From the NCBI GenBank assembly GCA_009602735.1, contig WELA01000598.1, positions 16,878 to 49,570 of the forward strand: a DNA stretch of 32,693 bases. Direction: 5' to 3'. Under the pieces are notes generated by a model. It was given only the letters and a program-made list of their open reading frames with translations. It searched no databases and was not told where the DNA came from. The position numbers and the translations under genes were made by a program. Below, piece after piece: positions 32,006 through 32,693 of this stretch. The first letter of the stretch is position 1; every line of letters starts with the position of its first letter. The DNA is from Mesotaenium endlicherianum. Its lineage: Eukaryota.

Positions 32006-32693
32006 GTGTGACCTTCCCCTCTCGGCCCCCCCTCTTTCTCTCCTGGCCCTGCACCCAGGCGTGAACTGGCACACACGTTCGCACCCAACTGTGCACGGCA
32101 CTACTGCATTCTTGGCCAGCTCAGGTTCACAGACAGCAAGCACTCAGCTGCTGGCAGCGGTAGGCAGGCTGGCAGGGGAGTTTTGGAGGGGGGGTGTCAG
32201 CAAAGGCCAGCAGGCAGCCCGGCTTATTGCAGTCAGAAGGCTCCTTACTCCTTCTCTGTGTCCCTGTCTCTTTGGTGATCACGGCACTAATCCCCAGTGT
32301 CACATGCAGCTGGGCACTGGGTGGAGCTCGAGTTAGTTTCCCATTACTACGTCTACTAGTGCTTGAGGCAGACGTTTGTCCAGGTAGGGAGGAAGGAAAG
32401 GAGGGAGGGAGAGGGAGGGAGGGAGAGGCCGGGAAGGAGGGAAGTTAGGGACCACCCGTACCGTCGCTGAGTTTGCAGCAGAATTGCACTCAGCCTTTCC
32501 TTCCGGGGGGCTTTCTGGGGCTCTCTCTGTGAGACACCTCGTGCTGCTATCGGTGTGGGCCAGGCGGGCGAGGCGCGCAATCGCTCCAGATTTGGGGTTT
32601 AGGGGCGCAGGGGCCGAGCTGTTCCTTGATCAGAGTGAGTGGACAATGAAATGCTTTCGGGGCAGCTTGGGAAGACTCAGAAGGGGGGGTGGG

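Overview
Eukaryotic nuclear DNA from a gapped draft assembly. The plant-type gene families, GT-AG introns and GC-rich internal exons suggest a streptophyte green alga or another non-seed plant (inference). By hand-splicing with phase checks I reconstruct five intron-containing genes in alternating orientation. They are: the 3' part of a DHHC protein S-acyltransferase (+, 171-2908); a NUS1/NgBR/LEW1 cis-prenyltransferase subunit (-, 3402-6386); a LEA-repeat plus TMEM205/DUF4149-like membrane protein (+, 7510-11213); a kinase-less malectin-like single-pass membrane protein (-, 21928-28434); and the 5' part of a TraB-domain protein (+, 29744 to >32005). An 8159-bp block (6119-14277) is repeated, apparently base for base, at 14279-22437 across a single N. 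This is most likely an assembly artefact, and it duplicates the LEA gene and cuts two neighbouring genes. I found no prokaryotic-type system, CRISPR array, RNA gene or intact transposon. The most interesting signals are a recurring intron polarity (C/AC-rich 5' ends, G/GT-rich 3' ends that could pair), a dense GTAC cluster plus an ABRE in the NUS1/LEA divergent promoter, the kinase-less malectin receptor-like protein, and tandem copies of a splice donor in the TraB gene.
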